Positions 47,301 to 57,627 of a stretch of DNA of 64,000 nt are shown here, one piece after another. How positions within the stretch are numbered: position 1 is the first letter of the stretch; every line of letters starts with the position of its first letter. A model generated the notes under the pieces. It did not search any database and was not told the origin of the DNA. It saw only the letters and a list, made by a program, of their open reading frames with translations. A program made the translations under genes and the position numbers. The stretch comes from a virus (taxonomy: Duplodnaviria > Caudoviricetes), in the IMG/VR virus record IMGVR_UViG_3300033074_001347, positions 1 through 64,000 of that record; one strand, 5' to 3'.

Positions 47301-49300
47301 TCATTTAAAACTAATCCCCTATTAGCCACCAGTGTAAAAGAACTACTAAATCCATTATTAGTTAGGGTTACTTTTGGAACCATATTTGAATCAGTGTATA
47401 TTCTTATAGCACTGCCCCCATACACACTAGTATAGTAGGACTGTTCAAACAGAGTTTTTTGTGATGCGGTGCCGTTCAATCTAACCCACATAGATATGGC
47501 CCAACTCTCAGTGCCAAAGTCAAAACTCGTACTGTGGGGAGCTGCTAAATATATATTTGTATTAAATGAGCTTACCATTTGCATATCAGATCCTGCTATA
47601 GCAGGCGATATACTTAATGACCCCGTTTGTACAAACGCATTATTATTATAATGTCTATCTTGTGTTATACCATTTGCTAACCAGCAAGCCACCGTATTAT
47701 TTGGCATCCACCCAGTAGTATGCGTAGACGTGGTTATGTTACTCATATTTTGAGTTTCATTTAAGTATATACGGGATAACAAGTTAGGTTTACTAAATAG
47801 AATAATATTCTTATTTATTTTTGTGGAACTATTACCTGATATACTAGATGGCGCTATGCTCGTAGCTGATGTTTCACTAAATGCCACATCGGCAGAAAAA
47901 TCGGTTGATGCGGGTATGCTATTTAGCATTAGCAATGAGGAACTATTAAACCTAGAATATATAACTTTAGATTCTACAATATTGATAGCACTAATCTTGG
48001 CGTTATCTGTAGAATTTAAAACGCTAGTTGTAGACTTTATTAGGGATATTCCCAGGTCATGTGCTACACCAATTATTACAGATGGCCTGGAATATAGGTT
48101 GTATGTACCTGTTATACCAGTATAACTGATAGTTACGTCATTTATCTGACTATTGGGTAATGCACCTCCGGTAATACGCTGCCATATAAGAGTACTGCTG
48201 TGACGATCAGCGATATTAACATTTGTTATTGAGCAACTGATATTGTCGTGCGCCCTAATAACATCTGTAACAAAATCTATCACCAGCACATAACCCTGTT
48301 GACCAGAAGTATTGTTTGTCAGACCTACCGTTAGGACACCCTCAGACATGTCTATAGAGGTTATGGTATGCCCCTCTTTTATAACGCCGTTTCCGTTATT
48401 GTCCTTAGTAATAGCCATCCATAGAGGTACGGCAGGTGTAGTAAGGTCATACAAGTATATAGATGTAGAAGTAGCAACTATTCCTACTAGGTACGGAAAC
48501 CCTTTTTGTGAACCTCTTACCCTTACAGATTGAAAGGTAGAGGACAATGATTCACTATACCAACTAAGGTTAGATAATGAATCCTTCCACTTTCCGTTTC
48601 CATAGTCTAACTTAGTGTCGTACACACATACTTTTTTAATATCAGAACTAGCCAGTGTAATGTTATTTATGCGATCTAACCATGTATATTCCCCTGACCC
48701 ATTATAATCTGTGAACAGCTTTGTGAATTTCCAAGTATTATCCACAAATTGTGCTAATACAGGGCTCATATACCTAGAATGGTTTCTTACATAATAGGTT
48801 TTTTGTAAAGGCACGGGGCTTACCGCAGGTAGTAGATTTTCTGATTCTACAGTTGGTAAATTAGTATAATTAGTGGTTAGCAGGTTAAAGTCAGATAAAC
48901 CAACTTGGTTTGATAAGGTTATAGAGATTTTATACGTTTTCTTATTACCTGTCTGATACCCCAATGTTCTATTTTTTTGTTCTTGGCTAGGTAGACTCAT
49001 TATGGCGAATAGCGTATCATTTTCTAGGTAGATACCTATATTACCCACCAAAAAGTCACCTACCGTTTCATCAAGTGTGCAAAAATAAGTTACTTGATCG
49101 TTGCCATAAACTTCATAGTTTATAGTATTAGAAGTATTCTTGCTAGAATAAACCTCTCCCGCCACGCCAGTAAGGGTAGGTTGTGGATTTATTATTTGTG
49201 AACCTACTTTAAAGTAGGAAATCTTTATTTTATTACCTCCACCAAACGAATCAATAGCAGCTTGCCTGCCTAAGTTAGTTAATATGACTTGTGCCATCAA
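44333..49300 (-). CDS. tail fibre/tailspike 2 (1655 aa) with pectate-lyase-like beta-helix
   Basis: VILTNLG..YFKVGS N-terminus; FNVLDFEGIDPTGVNDCRTAIQAAL..IPSGSY depolymerase start; two C-terminal CBM-like repeats. Confidence 0.85.
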   Translation of the reverse strand: MMAQVILTNLGRQAAIDSFGGGNKIKISYFKVGSQIINPQPTLTGVAGEVYSSKNTSNTINYEVYGNDQVTYFCTLDETVGDFLVGNIGIYLENDTLFAIMSLPSQEQKNRTLGYQTGNKKTYKISITLSNQVGLSDFNLLTTNYTNLPTVESENLLPAVSPVPLQKTYYVRNHSRYMSPVLAQFVDNTWKFTKLFTDYNGSGEYTWLDRINNITLASSDIKKVCVYDTKLDYGNGKWKDSLSNLSWYSESLSSTFQSVRVRGSQKGFPYLVGIVATSTSIYLYDLTTPAVPLWMAITKDNNGNGVIKEGHTITSIDMSEGVLTVGLTNNTSGQQGYVLVIDFVTDVIRAHDNISCSITNVNIADRHSSTLIWQRITGGALPNSQINDVTISYTGITGTYNLYSRPSVIIGVAHDLGISLIKSTTSVLNSTDNAKISAINIVESKVIYSRFNSSSLLMLNSIPASTDFSADVAFSETSATSIAPSSISGNSSTKINKNIILFSKPNLLSRIYLNETQNMSNITTSTHTTGWMPNNTVACWLANGITQDRHYNNNAFVQTGSLSISPAIAGSDMQMVSSFNTNIYLAAPHSTSFDFGTESWAISMWVRLNGTASQKTLFEQSYYTSVYGGSAIRIYTDSNMVPKVTLTNNGFSSSFTLVANRGLVLNELVALVVQREGSKMMIYINGELSASATITTATGSLTNNNSIIRLGVQQDGLNPATDMSMALVRVVKGAYITLDNIRKMYNDEKILFYPYTKYLLEPNTVINEVSFDPCDNRQYIATSKGTLCYEGLSRIASINSTTRTTITSDMHISASINGGVQLIASSSEASSYKQENNLSDFINLALTGPLNSLAFAQANASLSISGNSPILATGTTFARSLSDRFSDGQSTFNVLDFEGIDPTGVNDCRTAIQAALNKGITKPVTVIIPSGSYLIGSNGGVDTEQALTIYSGTTLIIQGELKHNINPSHGALIVTPNQTETPGGATSSNIHVILQGASKITYMPRTLTNNRKGISLGNVLNFSVQGVQTEGNDIGSFNTIIFNASRGIITGMNIRSGNGDSEEGVRLSGNISSVIIDRNIITSGDSALCIAQDSSAFSSCTISNILISNNILKSTGGFPTIKLLTNSSATNSVIKDISFTNNNISRANGGQLLTINNSVSTGSTISDIKFRCTTGGDMLGGSTTEPGIDIYGATNIDLGDMPVVNTTNKGIFIQSCNKINVGPNATIGGYSGQSSVLNTLTISSAAYISAGIMEFTFTGTPNLSSINASTDYVVTSGFANGINNGRFNITSADNTAKTIRVVSPISRTSAQDETTMSVTASIVRRGDSNHAIDIKGSVGVIIKDSYITNPGAHSINIQQGTDGVVPNFIEISGNKFAGCLQDSIINISSMKNSRVCNNTAEDCNAIYFVNDSGSSDNTNNNIHNNTDCGITTCKHSYKFISPTNRTEHNIGSNSDFISGSIVVASGSTSSTINLPASVYAMASSSALTSGDIEFRPTTGWGGNNLWETGTVYAAGARITHGCLLYTTTAGGTSGSTAPTHTSGSASDGGVTWAYAGIAPTNCIGWWHNISGTTVTINTNKDPGWGVINTWQATTVYSGDSIVANGNYLYTTTAGGTSGSTAPTHTSGSASDGGVTWVYLGINGMAFNYAVSPNKQ

Positions 49301-49307
49301 CTTTTTC

Positions 49308-52300
49308 CTATAGTATTCTGATTATGAAGTTTACAATGTATGCTGGAGGCATATTCTGACTAGAACCTACACCTGTATTATTTACTGTGATACCTGTCGT
49401 AGAAGATGCAGTTGTACCAGAACCAAGAATTGTGGTAGACCCTGTAAAATATGAGATTAGTTCACCACCAGATGTTTGTCTAACCCATGCTCCGTGACTA
49501 TGACCTGGATCTGTAATGGTGTGGGAGTGTTGTTGCATAGCTTCTGAACCACCAGAAGCACCAAGTTGTGTGCCGTTTATGCCTGAAATACCGCTCGTAA
49601 TTCTATTAGCAGCAGTACCTCCCATATTGTCCTTTCCAAATGGAGCTCTCCCCCGCATATCAGGCAAACCGAAGGTATTTACCCCATCACCTGCTCCGTT
49701 AGCCGTACCATACCTATCAAAGAGTACCGGGAAATCCACTCTACTGAGATTTTGTCCATATGCTAACACATAGTTCTCGTTAGGTGGGATAGCAGCAGGC
49801 CATATTAACACCGCACCAATAGGTACGTTTCCTATTTCTGTGGTTATATTATTTTCATTGGTGGTGTTACTAGAATTTTGGCTATATTGTATCATTGCGG
49901 CTGTAAAGTCATTTAGAGTGGTGGCCGGTCTGGCAAAGTATAACTCATTAGCCGTAGCAATTATACACGCGAATCCTGCCGCGCTCACGGAAGTATGATT
50001 GTCTGATGACAGGAGTATAACAGAGCTATCGTTTAGTATATTTGTTCTTCTTAGTCCCTGAAATACTACTGTGCCAGAATCCGATGCAATCATCAGGTCA
50101 TTATTAAATTCATCTTTGGTTATACCTCTTATATCTGTTAGGGCCGATGGTAATAGGCACTTGGCAGATGTCTCAAATAAATGTTTTTCATCTTCAAACA
50201 TTCTCATATGATTAGAGGCATCTATCTCCTTTTTGGATACCCTTAATAATGCTAAGCTACAATACAATGCGGGAGTTGCCGCCGCAAAATCATTACCTAT
50301 TCTTAGGGCTGCACTACTATTGGTAAGTGTAGAAGAAGCCGCTGTTACGTTACCTGATGCTGACTTAATACCATCAATCCACATCTCAAGTTTAGAGCCT
50401 ACTCTTTGACATGTTACCAGAGTGGCCTTATTATTAGGTATAATCCTATTGGATGTTACTGAATCTGTTGTACTAAAGCCATTATTAGTAATGGTAAAGG
50501 TGACAAAATTGGACGAATCTAATTTTATTCTTATCCCGCTGCCTATATAAGCACTAGTATACTGCGCATATTCATAGAGTGTTTGTGCAGCAGAAGCTGA
50601 CGTTTTTACCCAGAAACTTATAGAAAAGTTTGTTGTACCGAACCCAAAGTCAGCATGATTAGTATGGCTAACATACGTTACTGCGTTAAAGCCTTGTACC
50701 ATATTCAGTTCAGCACCTGTAGCAGCCGCACTTAGGCTAAGAGTATTAGCAGCCGTTAATGTGTGCTTTTTTGCACTGCGATCCTCTGTTCTATGGTTTG
50801 CAAACCAACATGCAACGGTTTTTGGATTAAGCCACCCTGTAGTATATAGGGAAGTCGTATTTAAACTCATAGGTGCTGCCGTATCCTGCACTAACGATAA
50901 TATATTGGCAATGCCTACGTAATTAATCCCATTGGCCGTTAATAGACGATGAGATCCTGTATAAGATGAGTCTGCCAACATTACGTCAGTAGTGTCAGAG
51001 TACGACCGTGATGGGGTAAAAGGATTTTCGGATGGAATACCGTCTTGCACTAGTAATAAACTTGAATTTTTTCTCACATACGAAATTTGATTTTTAGATA
51101 CTCTAACCTCTCCTATACGCCCATTATCGTTTGAATTATAGGAGGTATCAGGCCCCACTAGTACTGTAAGCCCGGTATCGTGACCTACAGCAACCACTGG
51201 CTCAGTACGTCCTATGATAGGGTCAACACCGAAACCACTCATAGCATGTGCCCCTACAGTTCTTACCTGACCATTACCTAGAGCCCCGCCACTAAAAAAT
51301 TTAGATGCTGAAATTGTAGCTTGGTGGCGTTGAGCTATATTTATATTTAATTTATAGCCCCCCGTACTATCGTGCAGTCTTACCATATCTAATACAAAAT
51401 CTAATACAAGCATATAACCTTGTAATGAATTATTATCATTGGTAAATCCAATGTACACACAGCCTTCTGCTGCATGTACGCAACTTACTGAATAACCTGT
51501 TTTTATAAGACCCGCTCCACCAGCTTCTTTTCTTATACCCATCCAAAGTGGTAGAGTGTTATTTGACAAATCAAATATTTGTACTTCATTAGGGTATGCA
51601 ACAATAGCTACCTGTGATGGGAACATAGCTTTAGATCCCCTGACAACCACACTATTTGGGCCAAGAGTTTGTAGGGGCTCATTATACCATGATGTATGCT
51701 TGGTGGCATATCTCCATCTGCCATTGTAACTATCAGTATTAGTGAAATATAAGAAGGAGTGTACGATGTCATTACGTACCACCGCCCTATTCTCAAGTTT
51801 ATTTAACCACAGAGTTTCACCATCATCTGTAATAGACCTTAGCGGTGCAAAGGTCCATGTACTGTTAACCCAGTGTGCTATTGCGGGACTACCATACTGT
51901 GTGTGGTTATTAACCATATAAGTATGAATGGTAGGGGGGATTGACGCAACAGGTAATCCGGCCTCTGTAGCTACTTCTGGAAGATTGGTATAGTTGTTTA
52001 CCACCAAAGAAAAATCGGTTATGGTTGCCTGATTACCAAGCTTTAATGTAAAGGTAAACTGCTTTCTATTTCCTGCTGTTTCTCCAACTGTGGCAGTCTT
52101 TGTTTCAGCAGACACCAATCCCATTATAGCAAATAATGTATTATCATCTAGGTATAAACCTATATTACCTACTAAAAATGGACCTACACTCTCATCTAAT
52201 ATAATTTCATACTGTACAGTATCTACATCTACTATAGAATAAGATATTTTATTAGAGGTATTTTTACTAGAATAAACTTCTCCGACTACGTCTGTTATAG

Positions 52301-52421
52301 AAGCGTCTAGGGATATAATTTGTGATCCTATTTTAAAATAGGAAACTCTTATTTGTGGGCCTGTTGTGCTGGCGTTTATTGAGGCAGTAATACCTGCATT
52401 TGTGATAATAGAATTTGACAT
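49308..52421 (-). CDS. tail fibre 3 (1037 aa) with C-terminal tail-collar domain
   Basis: IITNAG..YFKIGS; LamG-like region; PIGAVLIW..YGQNLSRVDFPVLF..TFGLPDMRGR collar motif. Confidence 0.85.
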   Translation of the reverse strand: MSNSIITNAGITASINASTTGPQIRVSYFKIGSQIISLDASITDVVGEVYSSKNTSNKISYSIVDVDTVQYEIILDESVGPFLVGNIGLYLDDNTLFAIMGLVSAETKTATVGETAGNRKQFTFTLKLGNQATITDFSLVVNNYTNLPEVATEAGLPVASIPPTIHTYMVNNHTQYGSPAIAHWVNSTWTFAPLRSITDDGETLWLNKLENRAVVRNDIVHSFLYFTNTDSYNGRWRYATKHTSWYNEPLQTLGPNSVVVRGSKAMFPSQVAIVAYPNEVQIFDLSNNTLPLWMGIRKEAGGAGLIKTGYSVSCVHAAEGCVYIGFTNDNNSLQGYMLVLDFVLDMVRLHDSTGGYKLNINIAQRHQATISASKFFSGGALGNGQVRTVGAHAMSGFGVDPIIGRTEPVVAVGHDTGLTVLVGPDTSYNSNDNGRIGEVRVSKNQISYVRKNSSLLLVQDGIPSENPFTPSRSYSDTTDVMLADSSYTGSHRLLTANGINYVGIANILSLVQDTAAPMSLNTTSLYTTGWLNPKTVACWFANHRTEDRSAKKHTLTAANTLSLSAAATGAELNMVQGFNAVTYVSHTNHADFGFGTTNFSISFWVKTSASAAQTLYEYAQYTSAYIGSGIRIKLDSSNFVTFTITNNGFSTTDSVTSNRIIPNNKATLVTCQRVGSKLEMWIDGIKSASGNVTAASSTLTNSSAALRIGNDFAAATPALYCSLALLRVSKKEIDASNHMRMFEDEKHLFETSAKCLLPSALTDIRGITKDEFNNDLMIASDSGTVVFQGLRRTNILNDSSVILLSSDNHTSVSAAGFACIIATANELYFARPATTLNDFTAAMIQYSQNSSNTTNENNITTEIGNVPIGAVLIWPAAIPPNENYVLAYGQNLSRVDFPVLFDRYGTANGAGDGVNTFGLPDMRGRAPFGKDNMGGTAANRITSGISGINGTQLGASGGSEAMQQHSHTITDPGHSHGAWVRQTSGGELISYFTGSTTILGSGTTASSTTGITVNNTGVGSSQNMPPAYIVNFIIRIL

Positions 52422-52456
52422 CTGCTTTTCCTTTACAATAAATTGAATTTTAAATC

Positions 52457-55400
52457 TTAAGCCTTTGCCATTATACCCGCCCCTACATATACTGAATCCC
52501 CATCATTTAGACCGGCAATTTCTATAATTAGCCTTACATGAGTAACACCAGGGTCAAATTGAGGCACTGTACTCGCCGCAGGATATGTATCTCTTGCCTT
52601 TGCCCACACGTCTCTGTTTCCAGTATAATAGGGATCGGTCGTATCATTATAGTAAGTAGAGAAGGTATTAAACTGGCCAGCTAATAGGCTTGTAGGAATA
52701 AGATCTTCTACGGTATAGCTTAGAGTACCAGTAGCGGTGGATGCCGTGGTAGAGGGTGCATAATACCTAAACTGAGTGGTACTATCTACGTTTGTAACAA
52801 TCTTTCTACCATTGTACTCTGCTTGATTAGCCCCTACCATTGTAACAATATGGCCAACCTGCAAGTTGTGTGGCGTTCCGGTAACAACTCTAACTGTACT
52901 ACCAGAGAATGTAGCGCCAGTAACCGTTGCAGGCAAGGTTCTACCCTTTCTATATCCTCTGAATAACATAGTAGTAGATAGGGTACCAGTAGTGCTAGGG
53001 GCACGTATTACCAACTGAGAGGCTAACCTATCTAAAGCAGTAATAGGAGTTGCCTCTTCACTTATTATTCTATACCAACCAGAAGAACTACCAGTCCTAC
53101 TCACCTTTAAGCTTAATGTAGATCCATCAAATCCATAAGTATTACTTATAGTACCACTGAAATTAGCAGCCCCATTATCATATATCCATCCCGGTACAGA
53201 TCCGAAGTCCAACGTAGCCCCATTAGACACAGTAGTATCACTAAATTTCCAATTGTGGTTTAAAATAGAAGACCTGCTTATTATTTGCTTGTACCCCGAA
53301 AATCTTACCCCTGATGCACTTATTACATTCACGGACGCATCGCACAGAAATAATCCATTAGTAGTAATTGTATGGTTTTCATAACCTGCTATAGCTACAT
53401 TATTTAATGTCAGATTCATGGGGCCCTGAAACAGAGGTATCCTTGCTAAGGCTCCACCATCAGATCTGGTTCCGCTTATACCTCTCCATCCGTTATTAGC
53501 AACAACCATACGACAGTTATTTAAACCCACTGACACGGTAGGTGAGGATATAGTACTTATAAAACCTCCTACGTCATAACAGTTTTCTATGTGACAGTCA
53601 TCAAATACTATTCTATTTCTATTTATCCCTGTGTTTATCTTTAAACAAAAGTCTCTAAGATAATCTAGCGAACAACCATTAAATACAAGATCATACCCAG
53701 AGGCATCTAGGACAATGCCCTGATCGCAGCTACCAAAAGTACAATTAAAGAACTTCATGTTCTCCCCTGAATTAGAGGATGTACCTGCTGGCTGTTGAAA
53801 CATAACGCATACAGTACCCCCACTAAACACACAGTCGTTAAAGCAGGATAGATAAGTATCATATTTATTAAATCTAAGGATGTTATAAAAATCGCTCACA
53901 TTAATATTACTAAACATAATATCACGAGCGTCATACTGTATTCCACTTCCTATGTCTGATTCATTTCCCACAGATACCCCTATAGATGACCCGCTAGTTC
54001 CCGGGCCTATTATGGATAGTACTCCGTCTACCCCGTTCAAAACGGCACTAGGAAATGGGCCAATCTTTCTGCCGTTAGACCATGTACCTGGCAAGGTAGG
54101 GGCACCTGCTACGCTAACTTTAATAGCATTAGCGCTATTAGACATACCAGTGAAATCTAGTTCAACAGGGGATAGTGTTTTGAGTTTTATCCATGGGTCT
54201 ATTCTAAAGTTAGAATCCATTTTATACCTACCGAAGGGTACTCTAATTATATTAGCCGGGATATAGGTACCCATGCTAGTGGCAGTGTTGTATATAGTCT
54301 GTCTGTTGGCCTCAAAAGCGTCTCTAGAATTAACTGTACCTGTAGTATCCGCACCAAAAAATGTAACATCAGTATCAGGCACCTTTATGTTAGACACGGG
54401 TCCACCGGCAGTATCAATACCAATTAATTGTCTGGCATTACCTTTTTTACCTATGTGACTGTTTATTACTATGTTTGTGGCATTGGTTATTCTAAGTGGC
54501 GTTAGAATGGTGGTGGGGCTTTGGTCATCTATTGAAACTATAGAGCCTATGGTCAAGTTAGAAGCTCCATTTATGAAGATATTGTCATATGAGTTTGTAG
54601 AGGATTGACCGTTATTCTTTGAGAATATGGAATTTACTACCATATTGGTGCCTTCTGCAAATACAATACCTTGATTTCCACAGCCTTCTGTTACTATGTA
54701 GCTACTAGTAACCCCTTCATACCCTCTAAATTTAATACCCATACCACCAGATTTATGTAATCTAGTATTTAATACGTTCCTTCTAGGAAATGTAGACGAG
54801 TCATCAGGTGAATCAGATCCATATAGTAAGCCTAGGCCTGATGCGTTTTCTACATCAATATTGAATGTGGAGTCAAATGTTTCACTGCCTACTGTAAAAC
54901 CAACAGACCCTACAGGATCAATTATATTAGCTTGAACATTGCAGGAATAGTTGCCTAATGTATTGTACGCATAATCCTTTTGCACCCTAGCCCCGTGAAA
55001 CCCTGCCGGCGACTTTATAACGCCTGTATAGTTTACACCCTTACCTCCCGATATTGTTAATCCAGAGGCACTACTATTCTCGGATATAGCCCCAGTAATT
55101 GTAATATTCTCACAAAGGTCAAGGTTAATAGAACCCGCATACGCCCAAGTAACACCACCGTCTGATGCAGATCCACTTGTATGTGTGGGCGCAGTAGAGC
55201 CTGATGTTCCACCTGCTGTTGTGGTGTATAAATAGTTACCGTTACTAACCTTAGCTCCCGCCGCATAAGTAGTGGTAGATGCCCACGAGGCCGCTTTATA
55301 TGAAACTACAGCAATACTATCATCTCCTGTATTTATACATATAGGGGCTACTACAGTAATTTTTTTGCTAGGGCCAGTACTGCCGTTTGTTATATGGACG

Positions 55401-56650
55401 CCATCAGCCAGCGTATTCTTAATATAGGGGTATAATATACGGATATCCGAGCTATTCTCACATAGAATGCCTCCTCCTGCTACATTATTAATGCGCGCGC
55501 CTATAATGCTGATATTATTACATCCATTAAATACATAAATGGCGGCATTATTACTTCTTGTAGAAGGAGTACCTCCATTAATTTTTGGGAATTGTATTAT
55601 TGAATTTTTTACATTTGATAGCCTTAAATATGTTGCGTTCTCATTATCAAACTTTATAGTTGCATTAGGATCACATATTAAATTTATATTTTTAGATATT
55701 GTTAAACCTACTACCCCTGACATTAAGTATACCGCTTCCCCGTCTTTACTTCCTGGAATGTAAAGAGTTCCACCTTCTGGTGTATCGTTATATGCATTTG
55801 TCCAAGCAGTAAAGCAGTTTGTTTCCCCGTCTGCGACCGCTCCGTAATCTAATATATTTATATTAGATACTGTTACCTTGCTACTATCAAATATGGTCCA
55901 TGAATTTGTTGCTGCATTTTTTAGTGCTAATAAAGGTACGGGTAAACTAGGATGCGTGTTTACTAAATAAGCCGTATTGTCTGTGGATGACGCAAGTGGC
56001 AGGTTACTTAGTGAGGATACCGATGGTATTGAGTTATTTCCTCCAATATAATCCCATTTATTCTCCGCAATATTTTTTATCGCCAGAATAGGCCCGCCTA
56101 ACTTAGGATAACTAGACACATGATAAATACTGTTTATAGAGGAACTAATTGCAGGTAAATCGGTTACTAACTGTACAGATGGTATTATAGGAGTATATTC
56201 AGTTATTACCGTAAAGTCCGTATTGTTTTGCTGATTTGTCCACTTTATTAATAATCTAAATTCAAGCCTATTACCAATTACCCCTGAAACAGGATTAGTT
56301 TTAAATTTAGTGCTTAGGTTAGCCAGAGCACAAATAGCAAAAAGCGTACCGTCCTCTAAGAAGAGCCCAATATTACCAATCGTAAAATTGCCGATGGTTT
56401 CAGCCAAAACTATTCTATACTCAAAAGTATTTGAGTCTACTGCATTATACTCCAAATCCCCACCAATGCCCTGATATACTTGACTAGCTACGTTAACTCG
56501 CTCTATCAGGTCATTGGTTGAACTATTTATTAGCGATTCCTGACCGATTTTAAAATTGGTTATATTTATCTTTGGTCCATTGCTTTGTGCACTTAATACT
56601 GCTGCCAGACCTGCATTTGTAATAACTGTTGTGTCTATGGTTAACGCCAT
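52457..56650 (-). CDS. tailspike 4 (1397 aa) with two beta-helix depolymerase-like domains
   Basis: VITNAG N-terminus; NILDYGAVADGETNCFTAW and VTFFGADTTGTVNSRDAF pectate-lyase-like starts. Confidence 0.85.
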   Translation of the reverse strand: MALTIDTTVITNAGLAAVLSAQSNGPKINITNFKIGQESLINSSTNDLIERVNVASQVYQGIGGDLEYNAVDSNTFEYRIVLAETIGNFTIGNIGLFLEDGTLFAICALANLSTKFKTNPVSGVIGNRLEFRLLIKWTNQQNNTDFTVITEYTPIIPSVQLVTDLPAISSSINSIYHVSSYPKLGGPILAIKNIAENKWDYIGGNNSIPSVSSLSNLPLASSTDNTAYLVNTHPSLPVPLLALKNAATNSWTIFDSSKVTVSNINILDYGAVADGETNCFTAWTNAYNDTPEGGTLYIPGSKDGEAVYLMSGVVGLTISKNINLICDPNATIKFDNENATYLRLSNVKNSIIQFPKINGGTPSTRSNNAAIYVFNGCNNISIIGARINNVAGGGILCENSSDIRILYPYIKNTLADGVHITNGSTGPSKKITVVAPICINTGDDSIAVVSYKAASWASTTTYAAGAKVSNGNYLYTTTAGGTSGSTAPTHTSGSASDGGVTWAYAGSINLDLCENITITGAISENSSASGLTISGGKGVNYTGVIKSPAGFHGARVQKDYAYNTLGNYSCNVQANIIDPVGSVGFTVGSETFDSTFNIDVENASGLGLLYGSDSPDDSSTFPRRNVLNTRLHKSGGMGIKFRGYEGVTSSYIVTEGCGNQGIVFAEGTNMVVNSIFSKNNGQSSTNSYDNIFINGASNLTIGSIVSIDDQSPTTILTPLRITNATNIVINSHIGKKGNARQLIGIDTAGGPVSNIKVPDTDVTFFGADTTGTVNSRDAFEANRQTIYNTATSMGTYIPANIIRVPFGRYKMDSNFRIDPWIKLKTLSPVELDFTGMSNSANAIKVSVAGAPTLPGTWSNGRKIGPFPSAVLNGVDGVLSIIGPGTSGSSIGVSVGNESDIGSGIQYDARDIMFSNINVSDFYNILRFNKYDTYLSCFNDCVFSGGTVCVMFQQPAGTSSNSGENMKFFNCTFGSCDQGIVLDASGYDLVFNGCSLDYLRDFCLKINTGINRNRIVFDDCHIENCYDVGGFISTISSPTVSVGLNNCRMVVANNGWRGISGTRSDGGALARIPLFQGPMNLTLNNVAIAGYENHTITTNGLFLCDASVNVISASGVRFSGYKQIISRSSILNHNWKFSDTTVSNGATLDFGSVPGWIYDNGAANFSGTISNTYGFDGSTLSLKVSRTGSSSGWYRIISEEATPITALDRLASQLVIRAPSTTGTLSTTMLFRGYRKGRTLPATVTGATFSGSTVRVVTGTPHNLQVGHIVTMVGANQAEYNGRKIVTNVDSTTQFRYYAPSTTASTATGTLSYTVEDLIPTSLLAGQFNTFSTYYNDTTDPYYTGNRDVWAKARDTYPAASTVPQFDPGVTHVRLIIEIAGLNDGDSVYVGAGIMAKA

Positions 56651-56661
56651 TTATGTATTCC

Positions 56662-57627
56662 TTAGTTTCCTGAAATTAATTCTTTTCCCGTCCACATACC
56701 AAATACAGGATTTATGACCCCCGTGACTTGTGTGGAGTATATATCTGGGAACTCAGCCTCAGCATAATCATAATAGGTACTTGTAGATAATCCGATGCTA
56801 CCTATACCTGTCATACTACTCTCTATATCACCCAGATTAATACTATTATAATACTCATCTAGGCTTGTACTCATACAATATAGGGTATTAATTGCTTTAC
56901 CTTCACCTATAGTCTCTGCAAAGGTATTTAGTCCTGAATGTATATGTGTTAATATGGCTAAGAGCAACCCTAGATTATCAGGTGGTATAACGAGGTATCC
57001 ATTATCATAAGTATGTTCATACAGAAGGTTGTTTAAATATATGTTACTAGCATCGGGAAAGAATCCTCTAGTAATGTATTTTAATACTAGGTGTATGGGG
57101 CTGAATTGATAAAATAAATCCCCTAAGTCTGTTTCATCAATAGGATACCTTTCGGCGTCATAAACAAGCTCAAAGTGGGAAGTAGGATACCATAATGCTA
57201 TATTCTCATTCCCTAAAGTAGGAACAGATAGAATTGTGCTGCCCCCTGCGTTGCGCTGAAAACCTCCAGAGTAATCCTCTCCGCTAGACCATAATTGATA
57301 TGATAAAAACTTTGAGTTCTTGATAAACCCTAGGAAGTCAATTGTAGCCTTTGTACCGCTAGAAGGATCATACAGCCTTTTATATTGCATGAACCTTTGA
57401 TAGTCTTTATCTGATAGCAGGTCATTTCTATAGTTAAATCCGAAAGAAGAAAGGGCCCGTATCAAATATTCCCTAGTAAGATTATAAGGATTTCTGACGT
57501 TTCTTAGGTCATTTAATGGGGAATATACTGTAGTATTTAGAACTTTATCCATGGCATCAGTTAGTGATGCCCATTCTGCCTTTGTTAGATACTCCTGAGG
57601 TAGGAAATTGGCGTGCTTAATTACCAT
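56662..57627 (-). CDS. baseplate wedge protein (tail I/gp7-like)
   Basis: lies between baseplate J-like gene and fibres; GTKATIDFL..P.HL pattern. Confidence 0.6.
   Translation of the reverse strand: MVIKHANFLPQEYLTKAEWASLTDAMDKVLNTTVYSPLNDLRNVRNPYNLTREYLIRALSSFGFNYRNDLLSDKDYQRFMQYKRLYDPSSGTKATIDFLGFIKNSKFLSYQLWSSGEDYSGGFQRNAGGSTILSVPTLGNENIALWYPTSHFELVYDAERYPIDETDLGDLFYQFSPIHLVLKYITRGFFPDASNIYLNNLLYEHTYDNGYLVIPPDNLGLLLAILTHIHSGLNTFAETIGEGKAINTLYCMSTSLDEYYNSINLGDIESSMTGIGSIGLSTSTYYDYAEAEFPDIYSTQVTGVINPVFGMWTGKELISGN

Larger units (their letters stand above)
40921..55240. repeat. dispersed ~90-100-bp repeat, 5 copies (40921-41007, 41032-41130, 44390-44490, 44641-44735, 55141-55240)
   Basis: each encodes (Y)TTTAGGTSGSTAPTHTSG..SDG.V.W; copies 1 and 2 share ~75 identical bp. 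Confidence 0.9.

Noticed and set aside
40921-55240. Diversity-generating retroelement (template/variable repeats in tail fibres)
   Set aside because: No reverse transcriptase in the window; differences in the copies compared are mostly synonymous rather than adenine-specific
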